Below, piece after piece: positions 39,120-52,780 of a DNA stretch of 64,000 nucleotides. The position numbers were made by a program, and so were the translations under genes. Below the pieces are notes generated by a model that did not search any database, was not told where the DNA came from, and saw only the letters and a program-made list of their open reading frames with translations. The DNA is from Octopus vulgaris. Taxonomy: Eukaryota. Positions within the stretch are counted from its first letter, which is position 1, and each line of letters starts with the position of its first letter. The stretch is from assembly GCA_951406725.2 (NCBI GenBank), contig OX597820.1, forward strand, positions 124,000,001 through 124,064,000. Direction: 5' to 3'.

Positions 39120-39343
39120 AGTTGGCAGAGACGTTAGCACGCCGGGCGAAATGCGTAGCCGTATTTCGTCTGCCGCTACGTTCTGAGTTCAAATTCCGCC
39201 GAGGTCGACTTTGCCTTTCATCCTTTCGGGGTCGATAAATTAAGTACCAGTTAAGCACTGGGATCGATGTAATCGACTTAATCCGTTTGTCTGTCCTTGT
39301 TTGTCCCCTCTGTGTTTAGCCCCTTGTGGGTAGTAAAGAAATT
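39120..39343 (+). mobile_element. SINE family B, young copy with 10-bp target-site duplication
   Basis: GAGTTCAAATTCC B box; CCTTTCATCCTTTCGGGGTCGATAAATTAAGTACC central domain; TATATATCCG at 39110-39119 and 39344-39353. Confidence 0.9.
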
Positions 39344-40027
39344 TATATATCCGTTTCGATGATAAGATTTCAGTTGGTTTATGAGCAGAACATGACACTC
39401 ATTGAATCATACTCTACAATGTATTATATCATTTGTACTAAGACATGAGGGTGTGTTTAATGGAACTTAGCGAATATATCTAGCAGGCTGGACAGCCATA
39501 TACAGGCTCATTTTCTATTTGCGGTACTGAACTATAGCTTTGCACTATATTTTTGCCATATTGATGTAGGATTTATTGTATCTGCACTTTATATAGTATC
39601 TACATTGGCCACGGAATCCCGGACCTGGTTGCGTTTACACCCCTAATTCAGATCAGCTGCCCTTTCGTCACTATGTTGTGTCATATACCCTTTGTTCTGT
39701 ACTAAACAAATATACTCAATACATCACTCGGACACTCTATTTTCCACCCATGATATCAGTTACCGCTCTCTTTATATTTTCACGCCATCTTTTACCTGAT
39801 GTTGTTCAAGTTTCACATAGCGTGTCTTAGTATTTGGAGTCTAGCAAAATACATCTCTCGCCAGCCTGAACTAAGTATATTAATCTATCTAGATATGCTA
39901 AGTCGCAAAGTAAGCTTGTCGGTGTAATGAATATCAAAAGAGAAAAACCTCTCTCATGAGAATATGGTATTCAACAAAATATTGACATGAAAGAGAGAGA
40001 TTTTTCTCCGCACATGCCGCAGAGAAT

Positions 40028-40070
40028 TCTGGAACACTTGTTTTCCGTCATGGGTGCCTCATCAGCCAGA
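40028..40070 (-). ncRNA. Degenerate hammerhead ribozyme-like motif
   Basis: UCUGG-CUGAUGA-GGCA CCCA UGACG-GAAAAC AAGU GUU-CCAGA. Intact CUGAUGA and 5-bp helix I; register disturbed around GAAA. Confidence 0.45.
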
Positions 40071-40936
40071 TGCTCCTCAGATCTTGGAGTCTAGACAAGA
40101 AGCTGTGCTTTGTTTATTTTTTCAGCGACCAACATGCTTGCTGATCGTTTCTTATATCTGCTAATCGATAGAAACCGTTATTTAAACCCTGTAGAGAGAG
40201 ATATGGAACGAAAACTTACACATTTCATATGATTAGGGAGATAAAGAGGCAAAATATACTAGTCCAAAGACAAAATCTTTTCTCGTTGATGAAGATAAGG
40301 AGTAGACAGTATATAAAAATATGATTTAAAATCAATTGCTGGATATAAGCCCCGATCTGCAAATATAATGTTCCCTGAAAGTGAAAAAACAAAAACAAAG
40401 GCCAGCTCCTTAGCGAGACTCAAAAGTCCGAAGAACTTATAGCAGGGGAGACACCGGTGTCCCAGAATCCTCTGCAACAACTTGAGTATTTTACACTTTA
40501 TCATAAAAGGAAGGGGTTATTCTCCGTCGCCGCGCGCTAAAACGATTGCCATACTTCACTCTGAACCTACGAAGGCAGTTTAAGTATAAATATGTTAAAT
40601 ATTCGTTCAAGACCTCGCTGTACGAGACGCAAATATAAATTTAATATATATATCGGCAGATATAAGCAATGTCCAGCAAACTTTTTATTCGCTAAAATTA
40701 TCAGTAAAAACCAACTTCTTCGCTAGTCTCAATGTCATGGTGAGTATTTCTGGGTAATGAGACGGAATATGTCGAAACATTTGTGTTGCATGATCTTCTA
40801 CATCGATACGTTGTGTTGGGCAGAGTATCGTCATAAAACGAAGGAACGTTTCCCTATCTAACATCTATTCATTTATCTATGTATCAGTCGGTTTCTACAG
40901 CCTTCCTCTCACTCTTTATATCTACAATTATATGTA

Positions 40937-41073
<137 letters not shown>

Positions 41074-41209
41074 ATCTATATCTATATATCTCTATCTATC
41101 TATCTATCTAAATATACACCATTACACACTCACACACTCAACCCCCCACATTCAACACATTATATAGCGAGATATATCGGTATACAAATAAATACAGAAA
41201 TAGTTTGAT

Positions 41210-41357
41210 GCAGATAGATAGCTAGACAATTAGACAGATAGGCAGAGAGATGGATAGATAGATAGATAGATAGTAAGACGGACATACAGAGAGATAGATC
41301 GATAGATAGATAGATAGTAAGACGGACATACAGAGAGATAGATATATAGATAGATAT

Positions 41358-41418
<61 letters not shown>

Positions 41419-41428
41419 CAGACAGAAA
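41210..41428. repeat. (GATA)n microsatellite containing a duplicated GTAAGACGGACATACAGAGAG cassette
   Basis: Read directly. Confidence 0.9.
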
Positions 41429-41713
41429 GATATACATCTGCCAACATATTTTGGGCTAATATATTTTATATATATTAATAAATGGACATAAGGCACAAAA
41501 TCTTATTACATATATATGTCGATATATATACATTTCATTTTCTCATACAATCAAAATATTTGGATTGTGTACTTAAGAAATCCGCCATGTGGAATATTGT
41601 ATTTCAGCAGCATCACATTCTTTTATTTATTTTCTTGTTTGTATTCAGCATTTTTTCCAATCTTAACGCTGCGAATTTTTGATTTATTTCAAGGACTTCT
41701 ATAACAATAAAAC

Positions 41714-41839
<126 letters not shown>

Positions 41840-41913
41840 CACATATATATAGAGAGAACCACACACACATATATGTATATTTATACGTAAATATAAAAGC
41901 ATGTATACATTCA

Positions 41914-41980
<67 letters not shown>

Positions 41981-42547
41981 ATACGTATATATGCATGTAC
42001 GGATGTATCTATGTGTAGATAAATAGATAGGTAGGTAGGTAGAAAGAGAAAGAGAAAGAAAGAGATATTAACATTAACGCTTATTACGATTTTTTCTGTC
42101 TTACGTAACGAGTGGTTGTAACCAGATATAAAAAAAAAGCAAATAATAGTCAGAATGTAGCGGAAAAGTCAGTATTAGCTTTTTGTCAGAAATAAATTAA
42201 AAGGTTTCCAAAGTATGATTAGATTCGCAACGAAGTTGTTTCTCCTGGAGCATAAGAAAGAAATTGAGAATTGGAGGTATTGTCAGGGAAAGATCATTAT
42301 AGCATGAGATTATTTCGTATTATAACATATGTCTGTATTCATGTATGTATATATGTGTGTACATATACATACACATATACACAATCACACATATATGTAT
42401 GTATGTATGTATGTATACGTATATTCTTACGTAGTTATTTATAAACATCGATATCATTTTATACATCGCTATGAATATCTATGAATATACTTATAATGAC
42501 ACATGAACACATACACTCGATCTCGCATAGATGTTAATATATATAAT

Positions 42548-42800
42548 AAATGCGCCCTATCAAAGCCTAACCAGGTTCATGGGCCCGGCTTCCCGGTTTC
42601 AATGGCGTATGTGTTCCCCAGCTGGACGGAACGCCAGTCCATCGCAGCGTTACTCATTTCTTGCCAGCTGAGTGGACTGGAGCAACGTGAAATGAAGTGT
42701 TTTGGTCAAGAACAGAACGCATCGCCCATTCCAGGAATCGAAACCATAATATTACGATCATGATGCTGACACCGTAATCACTAAACCACGTGCTTCCACA
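42548..42800 (-). mobile_element. tRNA-derived SINE, family E
   Basis: Minus head with GGTTTCGATTCC; shares TTTCACGTTGCTCCAGT.CACTCAGCTG with family C, then GCGATGGACTGGCGTTCCGTCCAG (V-domain-like). Confidence 0.75.
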
Positions 42801-43043
42801 CACACACAAACACACACATATATGTATGTATGTGTGAGGGTATGGCTTTTTATATGCTGTTAGCTGTGCATAGTTTTAGGATTCTATGGACATATGTTTC
42901 CATCTATCTTTATAATTCTGTATCCATCTCTCTAGATATATTTAATTGTGCGTGTAAATCTGTGTGTACACACACACATACACACATACACACACACACA
43001 AACACACAAACACACACATATATATATATTTCTCATTGTCACT

Positions 43044-43346
43044 ATCACATGACCGACCAGGCTATTAGATGTTGATACACATCGCTGATCACACTGTGCT
43101 TCGTATTGTTTTAACCTTCAAATGACGCCACCCCGCTGGCTAAGCGAGCAGGCCAACAGAAGAAAGAGTAAGAGAAAGTCGTGGCCAAAATGTACAGCTG
43201 GGATCGCCACTATCCCCTGCCGGAGTCTCATGAAGCTTCAGGCGTTTTCGCTCAATAAAGACTCACAACGCCCGGCCTGGGAATCGAAACCGCGATCCTA
43301 CGACTGCGAGTCCGCTGCGCTAACCACTGGGCCATTGAGCCTCCAC
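43044..43346 (-). mobile_element. tRNA-derived SINE, family D, full length
   Basis: Minus: TGGCCCAGTGGTTAG (A box) and GGTTTCGATTCCC (B box). Confidence 0.85.
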
Positions 43347-43379
43347 ATACACCCACATATATACATATGTATAGTCATA

Positions 43380-43488
<109 letters not shown>

Positions 43489-43499
43489 CGTGTATGTGT

Positions 43500-43732
43500 G
43501 TGTGTGTGTATGCGTGTATGTTTTTGTGTCTGTGCTTGTCCACTAGCATTGCTTGACAACCGATGCTGGTGTGTTTATGTCCCCCGTCACTTAGCGGTTC
43601 GGCAAAAGAGACCGATAGAATAAGTACTGGGCTTACAAAGAATAAGTCCCGGGGTCGAGTTGCTCAATCAAAGGCGGTGCTCCAGCATGGCCGCAGTCAA
43701 AATGACTGAAACAAGTTAAAAGAGAGTAAAAG
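43500..43732 (+). mobile_element. SINE family A, 3' half
   Basis: GCTTGACAACCGATGCTGG...GACTGAAACAAGT near-identical to 28745-28915. Confidence 0.9.
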
Positions 43733-43755
43733 AAAGATATACATACATACATACA

Positions 43756-43827
<72 letters not shown>

Positions 43828-44273
43828 GATAAATCTCAGAGCGAGTTATAAATATTTCTTCCTTGGCTCGACTGCCGCGGCCGCGAAGCATCTCTTGTAT
43901 TCCTGTCTCTTATGTTCATCTCCTATGTTCCTGCCTCAAGACTTTCGGTCTGCACACGCTAGCTCAAACCGATTGGTCTTTATTAGGCGAAATACGCCCT
44001 GTTAATATTTTCTTGTTTGTATTTGTAATTGTGTAACAGTCACTTGCTTTCTCCCCTAAAAGTTAATGCCCTTAGTTTAGGTCTAAGGTGAAGGAAGCCA
44101 GATTTGAAGAGTCTCAAGTGTAACTGCCTGAAACTGTAAGGATAATTTGGTAACTTGACTAATGAGAGGAGGCTGCGAATGACCCGTTATTGTTTTTTCC
44201 TGTCCGTCTTCGCATCGTCTATATGTCCGGATGATTTATTATCGTCTGTTGCGTTCTTTTTTCCATGTTTGGG

Positions 44274-44353
<80 letters not shown>

Positions 44354-44433
44354 ACGGATGAAAAGGAACACACGAGTTGATATATATGAAAAAACAAGTC
44401 AAGATAGAAAATGCTAAAATAATTTTATAAAGA

Positions 44434-44480
44434 ACATTTCAGTACCGGTTTCAGTCATTTGAGACCTTTTTAACTGTAAC
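44434..44480 (-). ncRNA. Degenerate minimal hammerhead ribozyme
   Basis: CAG-UUAAAAA-GGUC UCAAAU GACU-GAAAC CG GUA-CUG. Helices I, II and palindromic III are retained; the CUGANGA box is decayed. Confidence 0.45.
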
Positions 44481-44619
44481 AATTAAATAATAAAATTTAG
44501 AAAAATTAAAAGAAAAGTTTTTTTAAAAGAATATTTGTATAGTGTTCAAATGTAAGTGGCATTTTCCTTGTTTCTGCCTTTCTCTGTCTCTCTTGTTTGC
44601 ACTTGTGGGTTCGAGGTCG

Positions 44620-44672
<53 letters not shown>

Positions 44673-44675
<3 letters not shown>

Positions 44676-45592
44676 CGGATGGGCAAAATAATGGAAGCAT
44701 CTTAAAATTCCAAACAAATTTCAATATGGAGTAGGACCGCCTTTGCCAATAATTACAGCTTGAATCCTGCGAACTATGGACTCATACAATGTTTGAATTT
44801 TTTCCAAAATAATTTTTGTCCATTCTTCAGCTAAAACAGTCTCCAGTTCTTGTGTGGTGATGGTGGAGGCCCTCTGCTTGGTTTTTCTAAGATGCACCAT
44901 AAATGTTCTATCATTTTCAGATCTGAGGACAGTGGTGACCAGATAGGATGTTCAACTTCCCTAGAATGTTCCTCGTGCCTTTCAGTAACAACTTTAGCTG
45001 TGTGGATTTAGCTGTGTGCATTATCACCCTGAAAGATTGCATTTCTCTCCGGCAACCGTTCCGTAACCATAGGATCAATTTGATCATATAAAATGCTTAA
45101 ATAGTCTTGACTATTAATTCTACCAAGAAAGGAAAGCATTAGGCCGGCGGATTTCTATTATATAGCCCCGCTCCCAGATCATCACATATCCTCCTCGATG
45201 TGTGACACTCGGAAGAAAGCAGTATGGGTCAAATGCTTCTTTTGGCTATCTTAACACGTATACTCAGTCAGTGATTGGAAAGAATGTAAAGGATGACACG
45301 TCCGAGAAAATAACATTCTTCTACTGCTCCAAGGACCAATTCTATAGATTTGTATTCTACTCTAAACGCGTTGCAAAGTTCGTTTTTGAAAGTAGTGGAT
45401 TTCTGATTGCAGCCCTCCTGCGAAGTCCGGTTTGTGCAGCTCCCGTTAAACAGTTTTTGTGGATACTGGGTTCTCGACGTGGTCATTAAGCTCTGCAGTA
45501 ATTTGGGGAGTTGTATTTTTGTGATCCTTTCTATGAATTTGCATAAGAGTCCTAACGTCTTTATTTGAAAGTTTCGGTTTTCTGCCAGAATT
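44673..45592 (-). mobile_element. Tc1-like (DD34E) transposon remnant
   Basis: Minus translation IWSPLSSDLKMIEHLWCILEK (cf. WPPQSPDLNPIEHLW), FQGDNA, KPLLSKTN, SGRKPKLS; TA|CAG terminus at 44671-44675; second TIR not seen. Confidence 0.8.
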
Positions 45593-47451
45593 TAAAAAAA
45601 TTTAAACTTCGATTAATTTATAAGTATTGGATTCTTTTTCGTGTATATACTGAATAGTTTTCATGGTCAAGGCGTTGTGTTTTATCCTGAGTTCACTATA
45701 TATGTTTAATAAGTAATTGCTAGTCTATAAAGAATTCCTTTTCTATATTAGATTTAAAACTATATAAAAGTTGCTTTCTATAGTATACAACTAAAGCGCC
45801 TATGAGAATGTCTTCAGTCATATGAGTGTGAAATTTTATCTTTGAGTCCAATAGATATTAATGCCTGATTACAACTAGATATTTGTTATCTGAAATATTT
45901 ACCTTCTGGACGTAACACAAGATATATTCTGATGATATTTAAAATCTGGTCTAAATATCAGAAATTTTGTTTGGCTTTGCTGAACAGATTATAAAATTAT
46001 GTTGTTCAGCCTAGTGTAATATCAGAACATTGTTAAATTAATGGCGATATTTTATTTTAATGTCGCAAGTAATTAAACGTGAATCCTGAACTTTAAAAAG
46101 TGTCATCCCAAGCGATTCTCCTTTTAGCTAATACGTCATCACTTTACAGGCCAAAGTGCATTGCAGGGACTTCATTATTGAGTACGTCGATAAGGTATAA
46201 AGCTACTTAGTGCATAGACTCTAACCCATTGCGCTAGATTTTTTTTTCTAAGGTGAACTACTTAACGAACAGTTGTTTTTCTGATATTCATTATGATATA
46301 TGCATTTTTATTTCTATCTTCAATTAAGATTTATTCAACGGATGAAATCATTGCAGCTATTGTCGTAGTTTAGTGGTCTTCTTGATGTTATTGATAACAC
46401 TGATATCATTGAGTATCTTGTTATTAAATAACCTCATGCTGATTCATTTGAGTTTATTAATAATCCTTTCCAATGCCATCCTATGTCCACATAATGAATC
46501 TGAATAACGAAAGTAAACATTACAATGCCCTGCAGCACATTAAATAACATTGCGAATGGTAAACGTTTCGTCCTATATATTTACAGAGAAAAGAAACGGA
46601 AACAATCGTTTCATAGTTTGTTGTCTAATCCTAAGGGAAGACATACTCATCTTTATATATACAAAAATAAACATAAACACGCATTTTATCTCCCACAAAG
46701 CTGATAAATTTAGAACCAATGACTGCTCTACCATTTAATCATTCATTAATTCAATCATTTAAAATAAAGAGTTACCTTATTTTACTTCCTTCATTTTATT
46801 ATACAATCTTTATCACGTGATTAAATTTAACATTTTCAGAAATTCATAATCCCAAAATCTATTCGAGATTATCGTCATATAACTATCCATTGAAACAAAT
46901 TTCCAATCATTTACTGTCATCTTTTTCTTGTGATTAATTATAACGCATTTGATTAGGTGATATCATTATTTCGAACTCTTATTGCATTTGTATCTCCAAT
47001 TATGTAAATATAAAGGTAAAATATAAAAGATCGTACGCACCGAAGTTGTCCCCATGTGTATATTCATCTTTGTGTTATACAGTTAACTGCAATTAATCAT
47101 TCCAAAGAAAGAGACTTTTCTATTTCATTTATCAGTTTAGGTTGCCCTTAATTAAAATTTTAATTTAATTATTAATTTTTCAGTAAATAGATTATATATC
47201 ATGTACTGTGACCTTGAAATTAATGTATGTTTCTTCATTGAACCATTTTATATAATGCTTTATTTACTTAACCAACTTTGCTCAAAAGATCAATGTTTAA
47301 ATTTCATTCCAATTTGGTTCGTTTCCCTATAAGTATTATAACTTAGATAAGGTTATATTTAATTTCGGAGTGATATTAATTTTACACGTACACGCGTGCA
47401 CGTAAACACACACATGCACACACAGAAACACACTAAACAATAAAGGGTAAA

Positions 47452-47712
47452 GACCCCCTTCGGTCATGAATGACCATGGGATTGCACCTAGAAAGTTACC
47501 CTCCTAGACACAAGTCCGGGCAAGGTTGTTTATGGAAGGCTAGCAGTCGCCCATGCATACCAGCCTCCCCTCTCCACGCCACCAGTGTTATCCAAGGGAA
47601 AGACAAAGGTCGATACAGCTTGGCACCTGTGACGTCGCAACTCATTTCTACAGCTGAGTGAACTGGAGCAACGTGAAATAAAGTGCTTTGCTCAAGAACA
47701 CAACACGCAGCC
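47452..47712 (-). mobile_element. SINE family C lacking the tRNA head
   Basis: Highly similar to 24309-24588. Confidence 0.85.
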
Positions 47713-48106
47713 TCTAACAATAATCTAATATTGGAGTCACAATTTCTAACTCTTAGTCCGACGAAATATCTTGTGTTCCCCGAGGACATACTTTCAGCTT
47801 GGTATATCGAGAGTTAGGTAGGAAGACAGTCGTGTAGGTAAAATAGATGAATGTATCATGGCAGTGTATAGTAGCGAGAAAGTAGGGGTGAGGATAGTGT
47901 CGAAGAAGATAGTGGAGGAGCATGCATTAAAGGATCTTAAGGTGGAGGTCATATATGAATGGTCCTTGGTGTGTGTCTGTTGTTAGGTGTTATTGGAGTC
48001 AGTGGAGGAGAGAGCGACCATATGAATGTTAGTGATAATAATAACAATAATGACAATGCCAGTAGGATTATAAGTGTTCTTTTGCAGGTAGAGATGGAGG
48101 AACGAA

Positions 48107-48210
48107 TGGGCGCGGACAAAGTTTGGAAAATAGCTTGTGCTTATAGCTCCGAGCTGACCAAATCTTTGTGAGTGGATTTTGTAGATGGATACTTTGTGCA
48201 AACCGTTGTA
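48107..48210 (+). mobile_element. SINE family A fragment, diverged
   Basis: CTTTGTGAGTGGATTTTGTAGATGGA motif. Confidence 0.5.
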
Positions 48211-48283
48211 TGTGTGTTTACGTATATACATAAATGCGTACATACAAATATACATACATACATACATACATACATACATACAT

Positions 48284-48320
<37 letters not shown>

Positions 48321-48726
48321 AATATATATATATATCAGTCAAACAGTGCATGGGCATTTATTTTTTATATAAATGAAAAAGTAAATTTAATTAAGTAATT
48401 TGCTACTCTCTACGTTCTTTGTAATTGGTGTCGCTAAAGACTGACCACATGATTGAATGGATTTGATCGTTTCACCGCGGTCTAAAAATAAAAGCCCTTT
48501 CAAAATTCTTTGCCAGCTAGATCGGTTCTGCTATTCAGGACCAAAGTGTTGCCAACAGAACAAATTTATTTATTTTCACTTTGATATTCAATGTCTATTG
48601 TTACATTGCAGGGCGTTTTTTTTTTTTTATTATCTTTTGAAATTTCTCCCTTTTGACTGTAATCTTTCGTTGCTTCGTTGCTTTATTAAGATTATTTTTA
48701 GCTTTATTCAAATTGACATTCAATTC

Positions 48727-48824
<98 letters not shown>

Positions 48825-49643
48825 ACACACACATATTCACACACATGCGCCTATTTCTTTTATAAAATCTTTTCAACTTTCGAAATATTAGTCCAAATGA
48901 CTGAAATATGCGTTATAGAAAAGTACTTGAAAAATAGTTTTTAAAAAATTGACTTTGAACGGAAACAATCAATTATAAATGATGGCAGACTAACGCTTAA
49001 ATTACCTAAGCTGCGGTGTTCCAACAAGAAATATATTCAACAATTTCAGACTAATCCATATGAAGGGAAAATATGGTTAACTGCAAGTACTAAGCTGAAT
49101 ACATTATTCTGTTAGCCATGCTTCTTATTTAGTTTAGAAAAAAAGCTACTTGGAGTGATAAAGTTTACGATGATTTAAATAATCTATATATGGCCATGCT
49201 AAGCCACGAACATTCACAAAAACATATAGAATTTTTGATAGACCTTACAACATTTGGAAATATTCGGTTAGACGTGCAGAGCATATAACAGCATAATTAA
49301 GAAGTTAGACGAAAGAAATCCATTCTGTGATGCTGTTATTTTTTCCAATCGCCAGAATTTATCATTTAGGGGTCGTTTGGAAACCAAAAATCCCAACGTC
49401 ATGGAAATTGTAAAGAACACGTATATTAAATGAGTAAATATGACGAGCACTTCTGACCTACAACAGCAGGGCAATTAAACGGGTAGCTGTCAAAAAGGAA
49501 AGCCAAATATTAGCGTGCGATCTTTGTTCATTGTTGTGCTCATGTCTTAAACTTAGTTCTTTTGAAAGTAAACTGTGTTGTAAAAGAATGCAAGATGGAG
49601 TGGTACATCTTTTAGGAAATCACATAAAAGGACTAATGAGTTA

Positions 49644-50935
49644 CGAGGGGCGTTCAATAAGTAATGCCCCTGACCCACTTCCCATAGCAGTAGAGCAACG
49701 AAACTTGGCACAGTTATTAGTCTTTTTCTACATAGGAACCACCCAGAATTACGCATTTCTCCCATTGTTTGATGCAGCTCTAGAGACCGTTTTTGTAGAA
49801 GACCCCAGCTTGGTCCGCCAACCATGATGTGACTTCAGAAATCAAGGCTGCATCATCTGGGAAACGCTTTCCTTTCAAAAACAACTTCATGGGTGGGAAG
49901 AGGTGAAAATCCAAGGGTGCAAGGTCATGAGAGAAGGGGGTTGGGGGAGGAGTTCATAGCTGCACGCCTGTGCTTCTGATCTGGCGACACGCGAGTTGTG
50001 GATCGGAGCGTTGTCCTGCAGGAGGAGGATGCCTTTGCTGATCTTGCCCCGCCTCTTGATTTTGATAGCTTCTCTTAATTTCCTCAAAAGTGAAGCATAA
50101 TAGGCTCCTGTAATTGTGGCACCCTTTGCCAGGAAATCTGTCATCATTACTCCGTCCTGGTCCCAGAAGACAGTGAGCATGACCTTGCCAGCGGAGGGCT
50201 GTACCCTTGCCTTCTTTGGAGGAGGTGAGTCACGGTGCTTCCACTGAATTGACTGGGCTTTGGTCTCTGGATCATAGTGATGGACCCAGGTTTCATCCTG
50301 TGTAATCAGTCTTTTGAAAAATTTTGACTCATCTTCTTGGCACATCTCCAAATTCATCCTCGAGCAATCGACGCGTTCTTGCTTCTGGAAAGGTGTGAGC
50401 AACCTGGGAATCCATCTGGCAGACACCTTTTACATATGCAAATGGTCACGAATGATAGTTTCCACAGACTCGGTGCTAATCTTGACCTCATGCGCTATTT
50501 GGCGAATAGTTATGGGTCGATCTTCCAAAATGACAGCCTCAACTTGACGGACAGATGCCTTATCAATGGCAGAAGGGGGCGGCCAGATCTGGGAGCTGTT
50601 TCCACAGAGTTCCGACCATGTTTGAATTCACGATGCCAGCATTTTACAAGTTCATATGATGGGGTATCATCACCATAAGTTACTTTCATTTCATCAAAAG
50701 TCTTCCGTGGTGTGCGTCCTTTCAAATACAAAAACCGGATCACCTTCTCGACACTCAACAGGCTCCATTTCCTACTTGACTCAGTTCAAATACCTGTAAA
50801 TCAGAAACCATAATCTGTTCAGAGCTGTAATTTGCCACTTAATCTATAGAGATAAAAATAATTGCACAAGCAAAATTGTAGCTAGATCAAACAATTGCAA
50901 GTGTGTCAGGGGCATTACTTATTGAGCGCCCCTCG
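49644..50935 (-). mobile_element. Complete mariner element (1292 bp) with 31-bp TIRs and TA TSD
   Basis: TIRs 49644-49674 and 50905-50935 (one mismatch); TA at 49642-49643 and 50936-50937. Confidence 0.97.
49717..50768 (-). pseudogene. Frameshifted mariner transposase (irritans-like)
   Basis: MEPVECR start, WIPRLL, ITQDETWVHHYDPE, LLQDNAP; YSPDLAP region frameshifted; ends YVEKD-stop. Confidence 0.9.
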
Positions 50936-50940
50936 TATAT

Positions 50941-52071
50941 GTTAGTTAGTTAATTATTTGGCTCAAAAAGCAAAAAGCAAGGCCATGTAGGGGGACATGG
51001 AGTTATGCACAGGATGATGTTCATGTAAAGAGTTCAGGCCACTTGTGGTCAAGGGAGACTTTGAACCGAGCGGTCGTCGGCATCTTTAATATCTCGTCCG
51101 GCAGCGTATTCCACGGATCCGCAACCCGGACGGAGAAAGCCCCTCTCCTTCGATTGAGATGAAATCGTCGCAGATAGAGCTTTTTGGAGTGACCTCGCAG
51201 CCGACGTTCTGGAGCAGGAGTGAAGAACATCTCTTTTGAGAGGTTACAACTTCCGCTTATGATGTTGTGAGCCTGAATGAGATCACCACGGCGTCGTCGT
51301 TTTTCTAGAGAATAAAGGTCGAGCGTCTTCAGCCTTTCTTCATGAGACAAATGCTTGAGACCAAGAACCATGCGAGTAGGCAGCTTCTGGACTCTTTCGA
51401 GATGCTGTATGTCTTTGAGGAGATAAGGAGAAGAGGCTTGAATCCCGTACTCCAATATGGGTCTCACCAGCGTGACATAGAGCGGTAGAATATGGCAGCT
51501 GCGAGCATTCCGAATGACCGTCGAATCAAGAACAGAACTCCGCGTGCTTTGTTGGCAGCATGGGCGCACTGGGTCGAAAGCGAAAAGGAAGAATCCACCA
51601 AGATACCCAGGTCATTTACCTGGTTGGTCCTCTCCAGAAGCAGACGGCCCGGCTCGAAAACAATGCAGGAGAAGAGCCAACAGGCAGATGACAGCACTTT
51701 GACACGTTCAGACACATGTCCCATTCGTTAGACCATCTCCAAATTTGGGGGAGGCATCGACGAAGATCTTCTATACCACCGCGAGGAGCGACCAGTTTGA
51801 CATCATCGGCAAATCGAAGGGTGTGTTGCGTGAGGTCGTCGGGCAAGTCATTTATGAAGACTAAGAACAGTAAGGGCCCAAGCACTGAACCTTGAGGCAC
51901 GCCACTGCTCGCACTAGAGACGTCAGGCAGTGAACCATTAACTTGGACTTGGAAGGAGCGATCTGAGAGGAAGGCACCAACCCATCGTACAATATCCGGA
52001 TGGAAGCTATATGCTTGAAGCTTGACAAGTAATAGACGGTGGTTTACCGAGTCAAAAGCTGTGGCAAAGCC
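50941..52071 (-). mobile_element. CR1-like LINE, 3' 1.1 kb
   Basis: AFDSVNH, GVPQGSVLGPLLFLVFINDL, FADDVKL, LYVTLVRPILEY, RLRGHSKKL, FSVRVADPWNTLP; short (TAAC)n tail. Confidence 0.92.
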
Positions 52072-52073
52072 AC

Positions 52074-52236
52074 AGGCGCAGGAGTGGCTGTGTGGTAAGT
52101 AGCTTGCTTACCAACTACATGGTTCTGGTTTCAGTCCCACTGCGTGGCACCGTGGGCAAGTGCCTTCTGCTATAGCCTCGGGCCAACCAATGCCTTGTGA
52201 GTGAATTTAGTAGACAGAAACCGAAAGAAGCCTGCC

Positions 52237-52288
<52 letters not shown>

Positions 52289-52502
52289 GTGTGTGTATAT
52301 GTTTGTGTGTCTGTGTTTGTCCCCCAAGCATTGCTTGACAACCGATGCTGGTGTGTTTACGTCCTCGTCATTTAGCTGTTCGGCAAAAGAGACCGATAGA
52401 ATAAGTACTGGGCTTACAAAGAATAAGTCCCGGGGTCGATTTGCTCGACTAAAGGCGGTGATCCAGCAAGGCCGCAGTCAAATGACTGAAACAAGTAAAA
52501 GA

Positions 52503-52504
<2 letters not shown>
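52074..52504 (+). mobile_element. SINE family A, full length
   Basis: GGCGCAGGAGTGGCTGTGTGGTAAG head; matches the other family A copies. Confidence 0.92.
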
Positions 52505-52571
<67 letters not shown>

Positions 52572-52655
52572 GGTCCCGGGTTGAGTCGGGGTTAACCACA
52601 GTAAATAAGGTACTCAATACATGGCAGAGTAAATTAATTTATTTTATAGAAGGAG

Positions 52656-52701
52656 CTTCTACAGGACTAGAACTGTTTAATTCAAATGAAATCATCAGGA
52701 A
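52656..52701 (-). ncRNA. Type I hammerhead-like motif with G12->U
   Basis: UUC-CUGAUGA-UUUCA UU UGAAU-UAA-ACAG UUCUAGUC CUGU-A-GAA. Confidence 0.7.
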
Positions 52702-52717
52702 CATTAGTACACAACAT

Positions 52718-52763
52718 TTCCTGATGATTTCATTTGAATGAAACAGTTCTAGTCCTGCAGAAG
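52718..52763 (+). ncRNA. Type I hammerhead-like motif with U16.1->C
   Basis: UUC-CUGAUGA-UUUCA UU UGAAU-GAA-ACAG UUCUAGUC CUGC-A-GAA. Confidence 0.7.
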
Positions 52764-52780
52764 CTCCTTCTATAAAATAA

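Noticed and set aside
46149-46193. 45-nt exon-like AKVHCRDFIIEYVDK
   Set aside because: Weak donor, no support beyond a chance likeness to 28262-28280.
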